From positions 1-62,546 of the forward strand of contig JANRLD010000088.1 in assembly GCA_033762915.1 (NCBI GenBank): a DNA stretch of 62,546 nucleotides. Direction: 5' to 3'. Origin of the DNA: Meiothermus sp. Lineage in GTDB: Bacteria; Deinococcota; Deinococci; Deinococcales; Thermaceae. Shown here piece after piece: positions 41,460 to 51,644 of the stretch (positions are counted from its first letter, which is position 1; every line of letters starts with the position of its first letter). Position numbers and translations under genes: made by a program. The notes beneath the pieces were generated by a model. It had not been told where the DNA came from, did not search any database, and saw nothing but the letters and a program-made list of their open reading frames with translations.

Positions 41460-44400
41460 GGGGTCACCTCATCCCAGAACAGGTCTGGATCGGTAATCAC
41501 CTGATCCAGCGCCAAGTTGTTGCTGGTCAAGGTGTAGCTGAAGGTGTAGGTCCCCGCCGAGAGCACGCCGGGCAGCGTGATCAGGTTGCCCGCGACGCTG
41601 GGCTGGAGGCTAGCGTTGTTGTTCAGCGCTCCGCGGGTCGCGCCGGTGGGCACAGGGTCGGTGATCTCGAGGCCCCGGACTGGAGCCCCCACGCTCAGGC
41701 GGAGCGTCACCACGAAGCTGCCCCGTCCCACCTCGGTCACGATCTTCTCGATCTGTACCCCGCTGGCCCCGCCCATCGAGAGGCGGGTGGCCCGGACCCT
41801 CGAGACCAGCATGCCCGGCAGCTCGTAGAGGAAGTCCTCGTGGTAGACGCCCGCACCGACCACCCGCACGTAGCGGGTACCGCGCAGGCCCTGGTCGTCG
41901 GGAACGGCCTTGGGCACGTAGGGGACGGTCAGGCGATCTACCCGTATGGCCCAGGTGCCCGTTTCGACGTTGGTGATGCTGTAGCGTCCCAGGCCGTCGG
42001 TGATGGCGAAGCGCCCGTTAGAGAGGTAAACCCTGGCCCCTTGCAAGGGCTCGTCAATGCCCTGCGTGAAGTTGTCGTCGCGGTTGCGGTCGAAGTAGAC
42101 CCGGCCCACGATCTCCCCGCTCGAGCTGAAAGCGCTGGTGATGAGGCGGGTGGTGACGGTGTTGGAGCCGTAGGTGGGGGGCGGTGGGCTGCCGGGCGGC
42201 GGGCCACCAGGCGGCGTCACGATGATTTGGGCGCCGTTGACAATCGGGTTGGACACCCGGTCGGTAACCACAACCCGGAAGCGGATCACCGGGTCGGTGC
42301 CGGTGACGCCCGTCAGGCGCCAGGTCAGTCTTTGCCGCCCGCTCACGTTCTCGGCGGTTGGCTCGGTGGCCAGCGCCACGCCGCTCAGCGTGGAGGTGCC
42401 GGGCCGATAGATCAAGCCCAGCGGCAGCAGGTCGCTAAACTCGAGGGTCGCGTTGGTCACCTGCCCCCTGAGGGTCAGGGTGTAGGTCAGCTCTTCGCCG
42501 ACTGCCACCAGGGTCTTGTCCACCGACTTGGTCAGCACCGGGGGCTGCACGGTGACGGTGATGGTGGAGCGGCAGCTGGCGTCCAGGGTTCCGGGTGGGA
42601 CGGGCGGGTTGAGGTAGCCGTAGGGCACCGCGCTGGTGGGGCCGACGAAGCCCTGCACCGGAGTGAAGCGCACCAGGTTGCCGGGCTGTTGCACCTCGAA
42701 GGTACCCTGGTTGGCGACCGTCAGGGTGCTAACAGGATTGTTCCCGTCCAGAAGGGTGATGCGCCCGCCACCCGACAGGATGGCCCGGCACTGCGGGCTG
42801 TCGTTCTCGAAGACTGGTGGGGCCGGGGTCACACCGGGCGGGAAGGGGCCGGGGCCAAATACCACCGGGGTGTTGAAGGGGGTGGTGGCGCGGTCGGGGG
42901 TGGCGGTCGGTGCAACGCCTGCCAGCCGGACGGTGGCGCTGACCGGACCTGCCGTGAGCGGGGTGCCCCCGGGCCCGGTTCCGGCGGCTCGAGCGGTGTT
43001 GACGTAGTCGGTGTTGGGTTGGGCGTTGTTGAGATTAACCCGGTAGTTGAGGGTGACGACCCCGCCCGGCGGCAGGTCGAAATTGCCGAACACCACCGGA
43101 TCAGCGCCGCTGACCGCGGGCGTGGCCGGGCCAGTGGCCCCGCCCCCGTAGGTCACGGCGGCGCTGCCGGCTACCAGGGTGAAGCCGTCGGGTAGGTCGT
43201 CGCTGATGGTGGTGCTGGTGGCGGTGCCGGGGCCAGCGTTGGTCAGGGTGAGGGTGTAGGCCGCGGTTGTGGTCCCAGCGGGGAGACTGGCCTGCGGGGT
43301 GGTCTTGGTCAGGGTCAGAGAGGCGGTGCACTGGGGCAGCGGATCGCCGGGGTTCCAGGGGCCCAGCCCTCGAGCCGCACCCGGGCTGCCGTTCCTGGCG
43401 CCGTAGTTGTCGGCGGCGGCCGTAGTACCCGCAAGCCCCCCTGCCGTGGAGATCGAGGCCACGCTGGCCGCCCCCACGGTGGCGTAGACGATCCCACCGC
43501 CACCACCACCGCCGGGGCCATGCCGCCGCTCTACGGTGTCGGGAATGGTGATGCCGATGGGACGGGTTGAACCGCCATTGCCACCGTTGACCGAGAGGCT
43601 CAGGGGCAGGGTGGTATTGGTCGAGGTTTGCACCACGATCACCCCACCCCCGCCGCCGCCGCCGGCCGCGTCGTCGAAAGTACCCGAGGGTACCGGCTTA
43701 TTGGTTCGGGCCTCGAGACGGAGAGCGTCGAGCCCACTTGCAGTAATGGAACCATTGCCACTGACCGTCGCCGCCCGCACCAGCACGATCCCGCCCCCGT
43801 CTGCGCCGCTGGCCGAGTAGGCAGCCTCATCGTTGATGCTGCCCGAGCCGCCGCCACCGCCCAAGTAGACGCGGTCAGGAGCCGTGGGAGTGTAACCAAA
43901 GGTTGGGTCTGCCGCGAGGGCTAAACCGCCGCGCCCGCCCGAAGCTTCGGAACCGGTGAACACGCCGGGTGTTCCGGTAGGTACAGCGATAGCCCCCGGA
44001 TCCATAGCCGGAGGGGTGGGACGCACCCAACTATTGCCCCCCTTACCTCCCGCGCCAGCGTTAGAACCGCCACCGCCACCGGAGTTAAAGCTGTTACCGT
44101 CAACAATGCTAGGGGCGGTATTGCGGTCTTTATAGGGCTGGCCGTCGGTGCCACCGCCGCCAGCGTTGAGGATAGCCCCTCGAGCCTTGTCTATACCGTT
44201 ACCGCCCGGCTCACCGCCCGCACCAGGGTAGGTTAGACGGGGGTAACCGCTGATCAGTCCTGGGCGGGAGCGATCATACTGATCGGTCTGATCGGAGGGT
44301 GCAGTGACTCGAGGCAGGTCGCTGGTGCCAAGCGGAGCCCCCCCGATCCCCTCGCCTTTGGTACCGTGGGGCGCTCCACCCCGCCAGTAGGGGAAATACT

Positions 44401-45166
44401 CATCGAGTGGCCCTTCTGAAACCGCTGGATTAAAAAAGGAAGTTGGGCGAATACCCAAACCAGCGGCAAATCCGGCAGTGGGAACCCCAAAGGCGGTGTT
44501 CTCAACCCCATCGCCAGTGGTACGCTCTCCGCCACCCCCCCGGAAACCCTGGCCGTTCACGTTGATGCGCTGGCCGTTGAAGTCGAGGGTTCCGGTCACG
44601 TCCAGGGCCACGATGCCGCCCGAGCGGCCCTCCCACTCGAGGGCGCGGATCTCCGAAATGATGCGGGCGTTGCCGTACCGGGCCACCCGCACCACCTGAA
44701 ACCGCTTCTGCCCCGCCGTAGCGGTGGAGTCGGCGCTGGTGTAGCGGTATCGCAGGCTGCCCACAGTTACGCTGCCGACCCCCACCGCAGTGGCGGTGGC
44801 GTACTCGTAGCGGCCGGCCGAGTTGAGGTCGCGCAGGGTGCCGAAGGCGGCATTACCCGCAGCCGCCGAGCTGGTGTCGGAGGGGTCGAAGTTGAAGGTG
44901 GCGTCCTGCATCTGGACGATCAGGAGGAGGTCGCCTGGGGCAATGTCGGGCCCGCCGCCGGTTCTGCGCGGTCCGACTTGAATGGTCACGGGGCCAACAC
45001 TCGGCCCCGCCGTACCCACACCCGGGTAGTAGGTGTTGACCACGCCGCCGATGTCGGTGACGGTGCCGGGCACCGGGCAGAAGTTGGAGGTGGATTGGGC
45101 CGCGGCCCAACCCAAGACCCCTGCCACCGCCAGGACCAAAGGAACTCGTATCTTGGGTAAGCTCAT
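41456..45166 (-). CDS. Secreted Gly-rich/DUF11 adhesin-like protein with SdrD-B-like domain
   Basis: Signal peptide ending AAAQ, GGGGG-rich domain, DUF11 modules, GRVYFDRNRD..F..G.DEPL.GARV. Confidence 0.8.
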   Translation of the reverse strand: MSLPKIRVPLVLAVAGVLGWAAAQSTSNFCPVPGTVTDIGGVVNTYYPGVGTAGPSVGPVTIQVGPRRTGGGPDIAPGDLLLIVQMQDATFNFDPSDTSSAAAGNAAFGTLRDLNSAGRYEYATATAVGVGSVTVGSLRYRYTSADSTATAGQKRFQVVRVARYGNARIISEIRALEWEGRSGGIVALDVTGTLDFNGQRINVNGQGFRGGGGERTTGDGVENTAFGVPTAGFAAGLGIRPTSFFNPAVSEGPLDEYFPYWRGGAPHGTKGEGIGGAPLGTSDLPRVTAPSDQTDQYDRSRPGLISGYPRLTYPGAGGEPGGNGIDKARGAILNAGGGGTDGQPYKDRNTAPSIVDGNSFNSGGGGGSNAGAGGKGGNSWVRPTPPAMDPGAIAVPTGTPGVFTGSEASGGRGGLALAADPTFGYTPTAPDRVYLGGGGGSGSINDEAAYSASGADGGGIVLVRAATVSGNGSITASGLDALRLEARTNKPVPSGTFDDAAGGGGGGGVIVVQTSTNTTLPLSLSVNGGNGGSTRPIGITIPDTVERRHGPGGGGGGGIVYATVGAASVASISTAGGLAGTTAAADNYGARNGSPGAARGLGPWNPGDPLPQCTASLTLTKTTPQASLPAGTTTAAYTLTLTNAGPGTATSTTISDDLPDGFTLVAGSAAVTYGGGATGPATPAVSGADPVVFGNFDLPPGGVVTLNYRVNLNNAQPNTDYVNTARAAGTGPGGTPLTAGPVSATVRLAGVAPTATPDRATTPFNTPVVFGPGPFPPGVTPAPPVFENDSPQCRAILSGGGRITLLDGNNPVSTLTVANQGTFEVQQPGNLVRFTPVQGFVGPTSAVPYGYLNPPVPPGTLDASCRSTITVTVQPPVLTKSVDKTLVAVGEELTYTLTLRGQVTNATLEFSDLLPLGLIYRPGTSTLSGVALATEPTAENVSGRQRLTWRLTGVTGTDPVIRFRVVVTDRVSNPIVNGAQIIVTPPGGPPPGSPPPPTYGSNTVTTRLITSAFSSSGEIVGRVYFDRNRDDNFTQGIDEPLQGARVYLSNGRFAITDGLGRYSITNVETGTWAIRVDRLTVPYVPKAVPDDQGLRGTRYVRVVGAGVYHEDFLYELPGMLVSRVRATRLSMGGASGVQIEKIVTEVGRGSFVVTLRLSVGAPVRGLEITDPVPTGATRGALNNNASLQPSVAGNLITLPGVLSAGTYTFSYTLTSNNLALDQVITDPDLFWDEVTP

Positions 45167-45526
45167 AGCAGTCGCCTCACCTCGCCTTCCCACCCCATCG
45201 ACCTGCCCGCGCCGAGAGACGTAAAAGCTAAAGAGTGTTCCCGGATTCTCATCCAAGGCTGCCCGCCCACATTCTCTTGCCTCATTCCGTTCCTCCAAAA
45301 AAAGTCGCCTCGAAGCTAATTTTCCAAGCCGTCGGGTTCAAATTTCCCAAGGACATCGCACCTAAGGGGCTAACAATCAGTTTATACACCAGCCCCAAGG
45401 GGTAAATCTATAGTCCTGGTACGAAAAAGATGCGCAAATCAGGATACTCATATTTGTACCAGGTGCAAGCATTTATGTCCATGACCTGTTTACACTTCAC
45501 CCTCGAGACAGCGGCCAAGCGACTGC

Positions 45527-45721
45527 GTGTCTCCATAGTTGAGCCGCGACGTGCCACCCGCCAGCTTTCGCGGGGAACTCCGCCCTGGGTAGCCGCTCCG
45601 CGGCTATGGCGCACGCCACTCCGCCCTCGGGTAGCTGCTCCGCAGCTATGGCGAAAGCCACTCCGCCCTGGGTAGGTATTTGCCGCATCCGCCGATTCCG
45701 CACTTCCACCCTGGCGCAGCT
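45527..45721 (+). repeat. MITE/REP-like element, family B, with 41-42 nt tandem units
   Basis: Units actccgccct(c)gggtagc..ctccg..gctatggcg..gcc at 45577, 45618 and 45660 (partial). Confidence 0.85.
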
Positions 45722-45859
45722 CACCGGGGCTCACACGAGAATGCCCCATACAGCCTTTGTGTGCGGGTTACATTACGGCCTAGGCGCGACACCGGGTGAG
45801 GCCTTCAGGGGGCCCTACCGTGGCACACATTGTTTTGCGAACGCAGCCCTCTATGCTCT

Positions 45860-47176
45860 TCAAGAAACAACCGCCCTCGAGGCGATGCGGGGCAGCCAGG
45901 ACTGAAACTCCAGCCGCCCTCGCTCGTACATATGGGCCCGCTTTTCCGACTTCTTGCCCCTGCCACTCCAGGCGGGAACCAGGCCCCAGTTGGCGTTCAT
46001 GGGCTGAAAGTTGTCGGGGTTAGCGCTGCTGAGGTAGCGCACCAGCCCGCCCAGCATCGAGGCCTCGGGGGGAACCACGGGCTCGAGTTCCTGCGCCAGG
46101 CGCGCGGCGTTCAGGCCGGCCAGCCAGCCGGTGGCCGCAGAATCCAGGTAGCCTTCCACCCCGCTCAACACCCCGCAGATCAGCTTCTCGGGGTGGCTGC
46201 GCAGCTGAAGGGTGGGGTGCAGCAGCCGCGGCGCGTTGAGGTAGGTGTTGCGGTGCATCACCCCATAGCGCACCACCTCGGCGCTCTCGAGTCCTGGAAT
46301 GCTCTGCACGACCAGCTTCTGGTCGCCCCACTTGAGGCCGGTCTGGAAGCCCACCAGACTCCACATCTGGCCGCGCACGTCTTCGGCCCGCAGCTGCACC
46401 ACCGCGAAAGGCTCGCGCCCGGTGCGCGGGTCGGGCAGCCCCACCGGCTTCATGGGGCCGAAGCGGGGGGTGTCGAAGCCCCGACGGGCGATCTCCTCGA
46501 TGGGCATGCAGCCTTCGAAGAACTCGAGCTTCTCCCAGTCGTGGGGGGTGTGGCTGCGGGCCTGGGCCAGGGCCTCGAAGAAGCGCCGGTACTGGTCTTC
46601 GTCCAGGGGGCAGTTGATGTAGTCGGCGCTCTGGGCGTAGCGCCCGGCGCGGTAGGCGATATCCATATCGATGGTATCGCCCAGCACCACCGGGGCCGCC
46701 GCGTCGTAGAAGCCCAGAAACTCCTCGCCCAGCAAGGCCCGCAGCCGCTCGGCCAGCGCGTCGGAGGTCAGGGGCCCGGTCGCGATCACGGTTATCCCGT
46801 CGGTCAGCTCGGTCAGCTCCTCGCGCACCACCTCGATGCGCGGGTGGGCCTCGAGGCGTTCGGTCACAAAGGCCGAGAAGGCCCCGCGCTCCACCGCAAG
46901 CGCCCCACCTGCCGGAACCCGGCTGGCGTCCGCCGCCCGCATGACCAGCGAGCCCGCCTCGCGCATTTCGGCCTGTAAAAGCCCCTTGGCGTTGGTCTCC
47001 CCCTCCCCGCCCAGGCTGTTGGAGCAGACCAGCTCGGCGAAGCCCCCGGTGTGGTGGGCGGGGGTCATGCGCGAGGGGCGCATCTCAAACAGCCGCACCC
47101 TCACGCCCGCACTGGCCGCCGCGAAGGCCGCCTCCGCGCCCGACAGGCCCGCCCCTATCACATGAACTGTCTTCAT
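45860..47176 (-). CDS. trmFO: Folate/FAD-dependent tRNA m5U54 methyltransferase
   Basis: GAGLSGAEAA, AELVCSNSL, IATGPLTS, FFEGCMPIE, FGPMKPVGL, RYGVMHRNTY, FQPMNAN. Confidence 0.96.
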   Translation of the reverse strand: MKTVHVIGAGLSGAEAAFAAASAGVRVRLFEMRPSRMTPAHHTGGFAELVCSNSLGGEGETNAKGLLQAEMREAGSLVMRAADASRVPAGGALAVERGAFSAFVTERLEAHPRIEVVREELTELTDGITVIATGPLTSDALAERLRALLGEEFLGFYDAAAPVVLGDTIDMDIAYRAGRYAQSADYINCPLDEDQYRRFFEALAQARSHTPHDWEKLEFFEGCMPIEEIARRGFDTPRFGPMKPVGLPDPRTGREPFAVVQLRAEDVRGQMWSLVGFQTGLKWGDQKLVVQSIPGLESAEVVRYGVMHRNTYLNAPRLLHPTLQLRSHPEKLICGVLSGVEGYLDSAATGWLAGLNAARLAQELEPVVPPEASMLGGLVRYLSSANPDNFQPMNANWGLVPAWSGRGKKSEKRAHMYERGRLEFQSWLPRIASRAVVS

Positions 47177-47253
47177 CAAGCGGCCAGTCTAACCCAGGGG
47201 GGTGGGGTCTTGGTTAACACCCCTGCCCAGGGCGACGGCAGGTTCGGGGTTTC

Positions 47254-47488
47254 AGTTGCGCCGGGGTGGAAGTGCGGAATCGGCGGATGCAGTAAACACG
47301 TACCTGGGCGGAGTCGCGTACGCCATAGCTGCGGAGCAGCTACCCGAGGGCGGAGTGGCTTGCGCCATAGCCGCAAAGCGGCTACCCAGGGCGGAGTGGC
47401 GAGCGCTATAGCCGCAAAGCGGCTACCCGAGGCGCAATCCCCTGCGGACGTTTCGGGGCGGCATTCTGCGCTTCAACTATGGAGACAC
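47254..47488 (-). repeat. MITE/REP-like element, family B (inverted copy, 3 units)
   Basis: Reverse-complement match to 45527-45721, including both ends. Confidence 0.85.
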
Positions 47489-47566
47489 TTCAGCCAGAAT
47501 GGGGATAAGAGGCGGCCCACTGGCATGGCCGACCGCCCGGCACGGTTTCTCCCGTGCCGGCCGCCC

Positions 47567-48946
47567 CTAGCTGACCATCTTCTTGGCCTCCTGCAAGACC
47601 TGCCGGACCGTCTGGAGGCTCTGGTGCTCGCAGTACAGCCGCAGCACCGGCTCGGTGCCCGAGGCCCGAAACAATAACCAGCCGCCCTCGAAGTTCCACT
47701 TCACGCCATCGAGGTTCTCGGTGCTTGCCACGGCCTGCCCGGCGATGGTCTGGGGGCTGGCAGCCTTCTGCATAGCCGAGCGGATGTGCTCCATGCTGGG
47801 CAGGTGCAGGTCGAGACGCTCGTAGGCGTGGGTGAAGCCCAGCTCGGCCTCGAGCGCCGCGAACTGCTCGCCCAGGCCCTTGCCCGTCACCGCCACCGAC
47901 TCCAGCAGCAGCAGCGCGTTGATCACCCCGTCGCGCTCGGGCAGGTGGCCGGCCACCCCGATGCCGCCCGACTCCTCGCCGCCAATCAGCACGTCGCCCT
48001 TGAGCATCTCATCGGTGATGTACTTGAAGCCGATGGGGGTGACCATCAGCTCGAGGCCCAGCTTCTGGCACAGCAGATCGATGATGCGGGAGGTCGAGAA
48101 GGTCTTGACCACCCGACCGCGCAGCCCCTTGCGGTGCAGGTGGCTGAGCAGCACCGCGAAGATCTGGTGGCTGTTGAAGTTGGCCCCGCCGGCCAGCACC
48201 GCCCCGATGCGGTCGGCATCACCGTCGTTGACGGCGGCGAAGACGGGGCTCTCCTCGGCCTTGAGCACGGTCATCACGGTGAACTGGTTGGCCGGCAGCG
48301 GCTCGGGGTTCACGCCGTAGAACATGGGATCGGGCACCGCGTGCAGCTCGCGTAGCTCGAGGCCCAGCCCGGCCTGCTTAACGAATCCCGCCACCCAGCC
48401 CGCCCCCGCCCCGCCCATCGGGTCGTGGTACATCACCCCTGAGTACGCCTTAAGGGCCTCCAAGTCCAGCTGGCCGGCCAGCAACTCGTAGTAGGCCTTG
48501 CGCACATCGAACTCTTGGATAGGTTCGCCTGCGTAGGCCCGGGGCTCAGCGCCCAGGTGCCGCTCGACCTCGGCGATGATCGCGGGGGTCGCCGCCCCGC
48601 CGAAGCTGCCCTTGATCTTGAAGCCCTGGTACTCCGGAGGGTTGTGCGAGGCCGAGATCATCACCCCGCCGTCGGCCCCCAGGTGCTTGACCGCAAAGGA
48701 CAGCACCGGGGTGGGTACGTAGGACTTGGAGAGGAGGGTCTCGAGGCCGTTGGCTGCCAGGGTTTCGGCAGCCTTGCGGGCGAACTTTGCGGCCTGGAAG
48801 CGGGTGTCGTACCCCACCACCACCCGCCGCGCCCCCTGGGCCTTGAGGTACTCGGCGTAGGCCTGGGCCGCCCGCGCCACGTTGTCAAAGGTGTACTCGC
48901 CCCCGATAACCGCTCTCCAACCGTCGGTTCCGAACTTAATCGCCAT
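47567..48946 (-). CDS. Phosphoglucomutase/phosphomannomutase family protein
   Basis: FGTDGWR, SASHNP, DGDADR, GGEESGG, RASGTEP. Confidence 0.93.
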   Translation of the reverse strand: MAIKFGTDGWRAVIGGEYTFDNVARAAQAYAEYLKAQGARRVVVGYDTRFQAAKFARKAAETLAANGLETLLSKSYVPTPVLSFAVKHLGADGGVMISASHNPPEYQGFKIKGSFGGAATPAIIAEVERHLGAEPRAYAGEPIQEFDVRKAYYELLAGQLDLEALKAYSGVMYHDPMGGAGAGWVAGFVKQAGLGLELRELHAVPDPMFYGVNPEPLPANQFTVMTVLKAEESPVFAAVNDGDADRIGAVLAGGANFNSHQIFAVLLSHLHRKGLRGRVVKTFSTSRIIDLLCQKLGLELMVTPIGFKYITDEMLKGDVLIGGEESGGIGVAGHLPERDGVINALLLLESVAVTGKGLGEQFAALEAELGFTHAYERLDLHLPSMEHIRSAMQKAASPQTIAGQAVASTENLDGVKWNFEGGWLLFRASGTEPVLRLYCEHQSLQTVRQVLQEAKKMVS

Positions 48947-49217
48947 ATCGGTACCCAGTCTACAAGGCGGAGGTCGGACCAGCAGGTTAGCGGACACCGC
49001 ATTTACTGGCCAGGCCCCCGCTTCCTGGCAAGCCCCAGGTTGCACGGTCGGGCAGGGCCGTTAATCCCCACTCTTTCCGTTGGTACACACCCACCGGATT
49101 CGGTGTCAACCGCACCACACCCCTCCGGACTCCCCTTTCGTCTCAGACCCTTCCCCTGCTTTGGCCCCTTTAAGACGGGGCGTCGCTCTCGACCCTGCGC
49201 GGGTGCCCCGACCCCCC

Positions 49218-49247
49218 TTGCACGCGGCGCGGCCCAGCGCGTACACT
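49218..49247 (+). promoter_or_regulatory. Sigma70-type promoter
   Basis: TTGCAC-N18-TACACT. Confidence 0.6.
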
Positions 49248-49267
49248 AAAGCGCTAGAGGTGAAACG

Positions 49268-49303
49268 ATGACCCGCTTACGTATTACCCCCCTCGGCGCT
49301 TAA
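49268..49303 (+). CDS. Putative leader peptide MTRLRITPLGA
   Basis: GAGGTG RBS 5 nt before the ATG, directly after the promoter. Too short for the ORF track. Confidence 0.55.
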   Translation: MTRLRITPLGA

Positions 49304-49351
49304 GCGCCCCCCATAGCCCCAAAACGCATACCTTTGGACTTTTAACGTTCC

Positions 49352-49381
49352 ATCGGCGACCTTCGGGCCGCCGATTTGTTT
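49352..49381 (+). terminator. Putative attenuator/terminator hairpin in the ABC leader
   Basis: atcggcg-a-cc-ttcg-gg-c-cgccgat stem with a cUUCGg loop, followed by ttgttt. Confidence 0.55.
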
Positions 49382-49453
49382 GGAGCCGCCATGCACACCT
49401 GAGCCCTGCCGAACCGCCGATTTGACACAAGATTCTCAAGCCGAGGACGCCTT

Positions 49454-50275
<822 letters not shown>

Positions 50276-50646
50276 TTGGCGATGAGCAGTAAGCAACTGC
50301 TGTAGTCCCAAAGCCGCCTCACTTGATCGTTGTTCTTTGCGCGAAAGGCATTTCGCCGACGAGGAATCTCTCAAAACACGAGGTGCGGGCGGTGGTGCGA
50401 ACCGGTCGGCATCCCACGGCACACGAAGGTGTCACTTCCTCGCTCGAATCCCTCTCACCCAGTCACCCCAATAAAGCATTGACATTCTGTGCGGAGCGTC
50501 CTGGTTGCCAACCCTCGAGAGCCCACTCGAGTAGCGCTACAGCGAATCAGGGGGTTTGCGAAGAATCTATCTCTGGGCCAACTCGTCCACTTTGCCATTG
50601 GTGAAAGTCTTTTTGCAGCATTGAGTGGGCGTGTATTCCCCCAGCG

Positions 50647-50674
50647 GAGATCCTTCGCTCGGCTCAGGATGACA
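50647..50674 (-). repeat. REP-like element TGTCATCCTGAGC.GAGCGAAGGATCTC
   Basis: Imperfect palindrome of a widespread intergenic repeat type, inside a 490-nt gap between the ABC genes. Confidence 0.55.
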
Positions 50675-50763
50675 ACGGCTAAGTAAGGTGAGTTTACGGC
50701 CTCTACCCAATGGCAGTTTTTGCCACTTTATTTCAACGTTCAACACGACCAACGGGAGCAACC

Positions 50764-51591
50764 ATGCTAGAACGCTTTGTCCGGCCCATGTGGGCCTTCG
50801 TCTTCCGAGACTGGCACCTGACCCGGCGCTATTTCAGCTGGGTGTTGGTGTTCGTCTTCTACGCCATCGTCAACTCGGCCACCATCGCCCTCATCGGCAA
50901 GGCCCAGGACGACTTCCGCCTGACCCTAACCCTTCTGCTGGGGGTGCTGCTGTGGAGCTTCCTGAGCGCGATGTACAACGAGATCGCCAACTCGATCAGC
51001 TACGAGCGCTGGGAGGGGACGCTGGAGTACACCTTCATGGCCCCCGTCTCGAGGCTCACCCACCTGGCCGGGGTCTCGATGTTCTCGATCGTATACAGCA
51101 TTCTGCGCACCATCGTGATCCTCATTGGGCTGGTGCTGTTCATCCAGGTCTCGGTCAGCGGGGCCAACCTGTTGGGGGTGCTGGTGGTACTGCTGGTGGG
51201 GAGCCTGGCCTTCATGGGGCTGGGGCTGATGGCGGCCATTCTGCCCGTAATGAGCCCAGAGAACGGCGCACAGGCCACCAACATCTTCCAGGGGATTCTG
51301 CTCCTGGTCTCGGGCATCTACTACCCGGTGAGCGTGCTGCCGGGCTGGGTGCAGCCGCTGGCCTACCTGAGCCCCGCCACCTATGCCCTCGAGGCCTGCC
51401 GCAAACTGATGGGCATCAACAACCCCGAGTCCACCCCCGACAAGCTGGTTGGGGCTCCCCTCTCGGCGGTGCTGCCCGAGCTCGGCATCCTGCTGGTGAT
51501 GGGCGTGGTGCTGATCCCGCTGGGTCTGTGGGTCTTCCATATGGCCGAGATGTGGGCCAAACGCACCGGCAAGCTCAAGCGAACCGGGTAA
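50764..51591 (+). CDS. ABC-2 exporter permease
   Basis: ERWEGTLEY..MAP, SGIYYPVSVLPGWVQ...SPATY. GGGAG RBS before the ATG at 50764. Confidence 0.9.
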   Translation: MLERFVRPMWAFVFRDWHLTRRYFSWVLVFVFYAIVNSATIALIGKAQDDFRLTLTLLLGVLLWSFLSAMYNEIANSISYERWEGTLEYTFMAPVSRLTHLAGVSMFSIVYSILRTIVILIGLVLFIQVSVSGANLLGVLVVLLVGSLAFMGLGLMAAILPVMSPENGAQATNIFQGILLLVSGIYYPVSVLPGWVQPLAYLSPATYALEACRKLMGINNPESTPDKLVGAPLSAVLPELGILLVMGVVLIPLGLWVFHMAEMWAKRTGKLKRTG

Positions 51592-51644
51592 CGCATGGAG
51601 GGCCTTAAGCAAGGAAGGCTTGGCGGCCTGAATGTGGAGGTGGG

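Noticed and set aside
41441..43195. Long antisense ORFs (e.g. 584 aa here; also 21727..23139, 19434..20825, 40218..41504)
   Set aside because: Shadow ORFs expected opposite GC3-rich genes; no recognisable motifs.
45170..45520. Riboswitch (e.g. c-di-GMP) upstream of the DUF11 operon
   Set aside because: One hairpin is present but no consensus aptamer motifs were recognised; an Rfam scan would be needed.
45577..45675. Tandem 41-42 nt units as a CRISPR array
   Set aside because: Units abut with no unique spacers, there are only 2-3 copies, no cas genes are present, and the same element is dispersed elsewhere.
45408..45905. Short ORFs over the family B repeats (also 47051..47677)
   Set aside because: They are translations of the repeat units (AIAAE.LP..G), not plausible genes.
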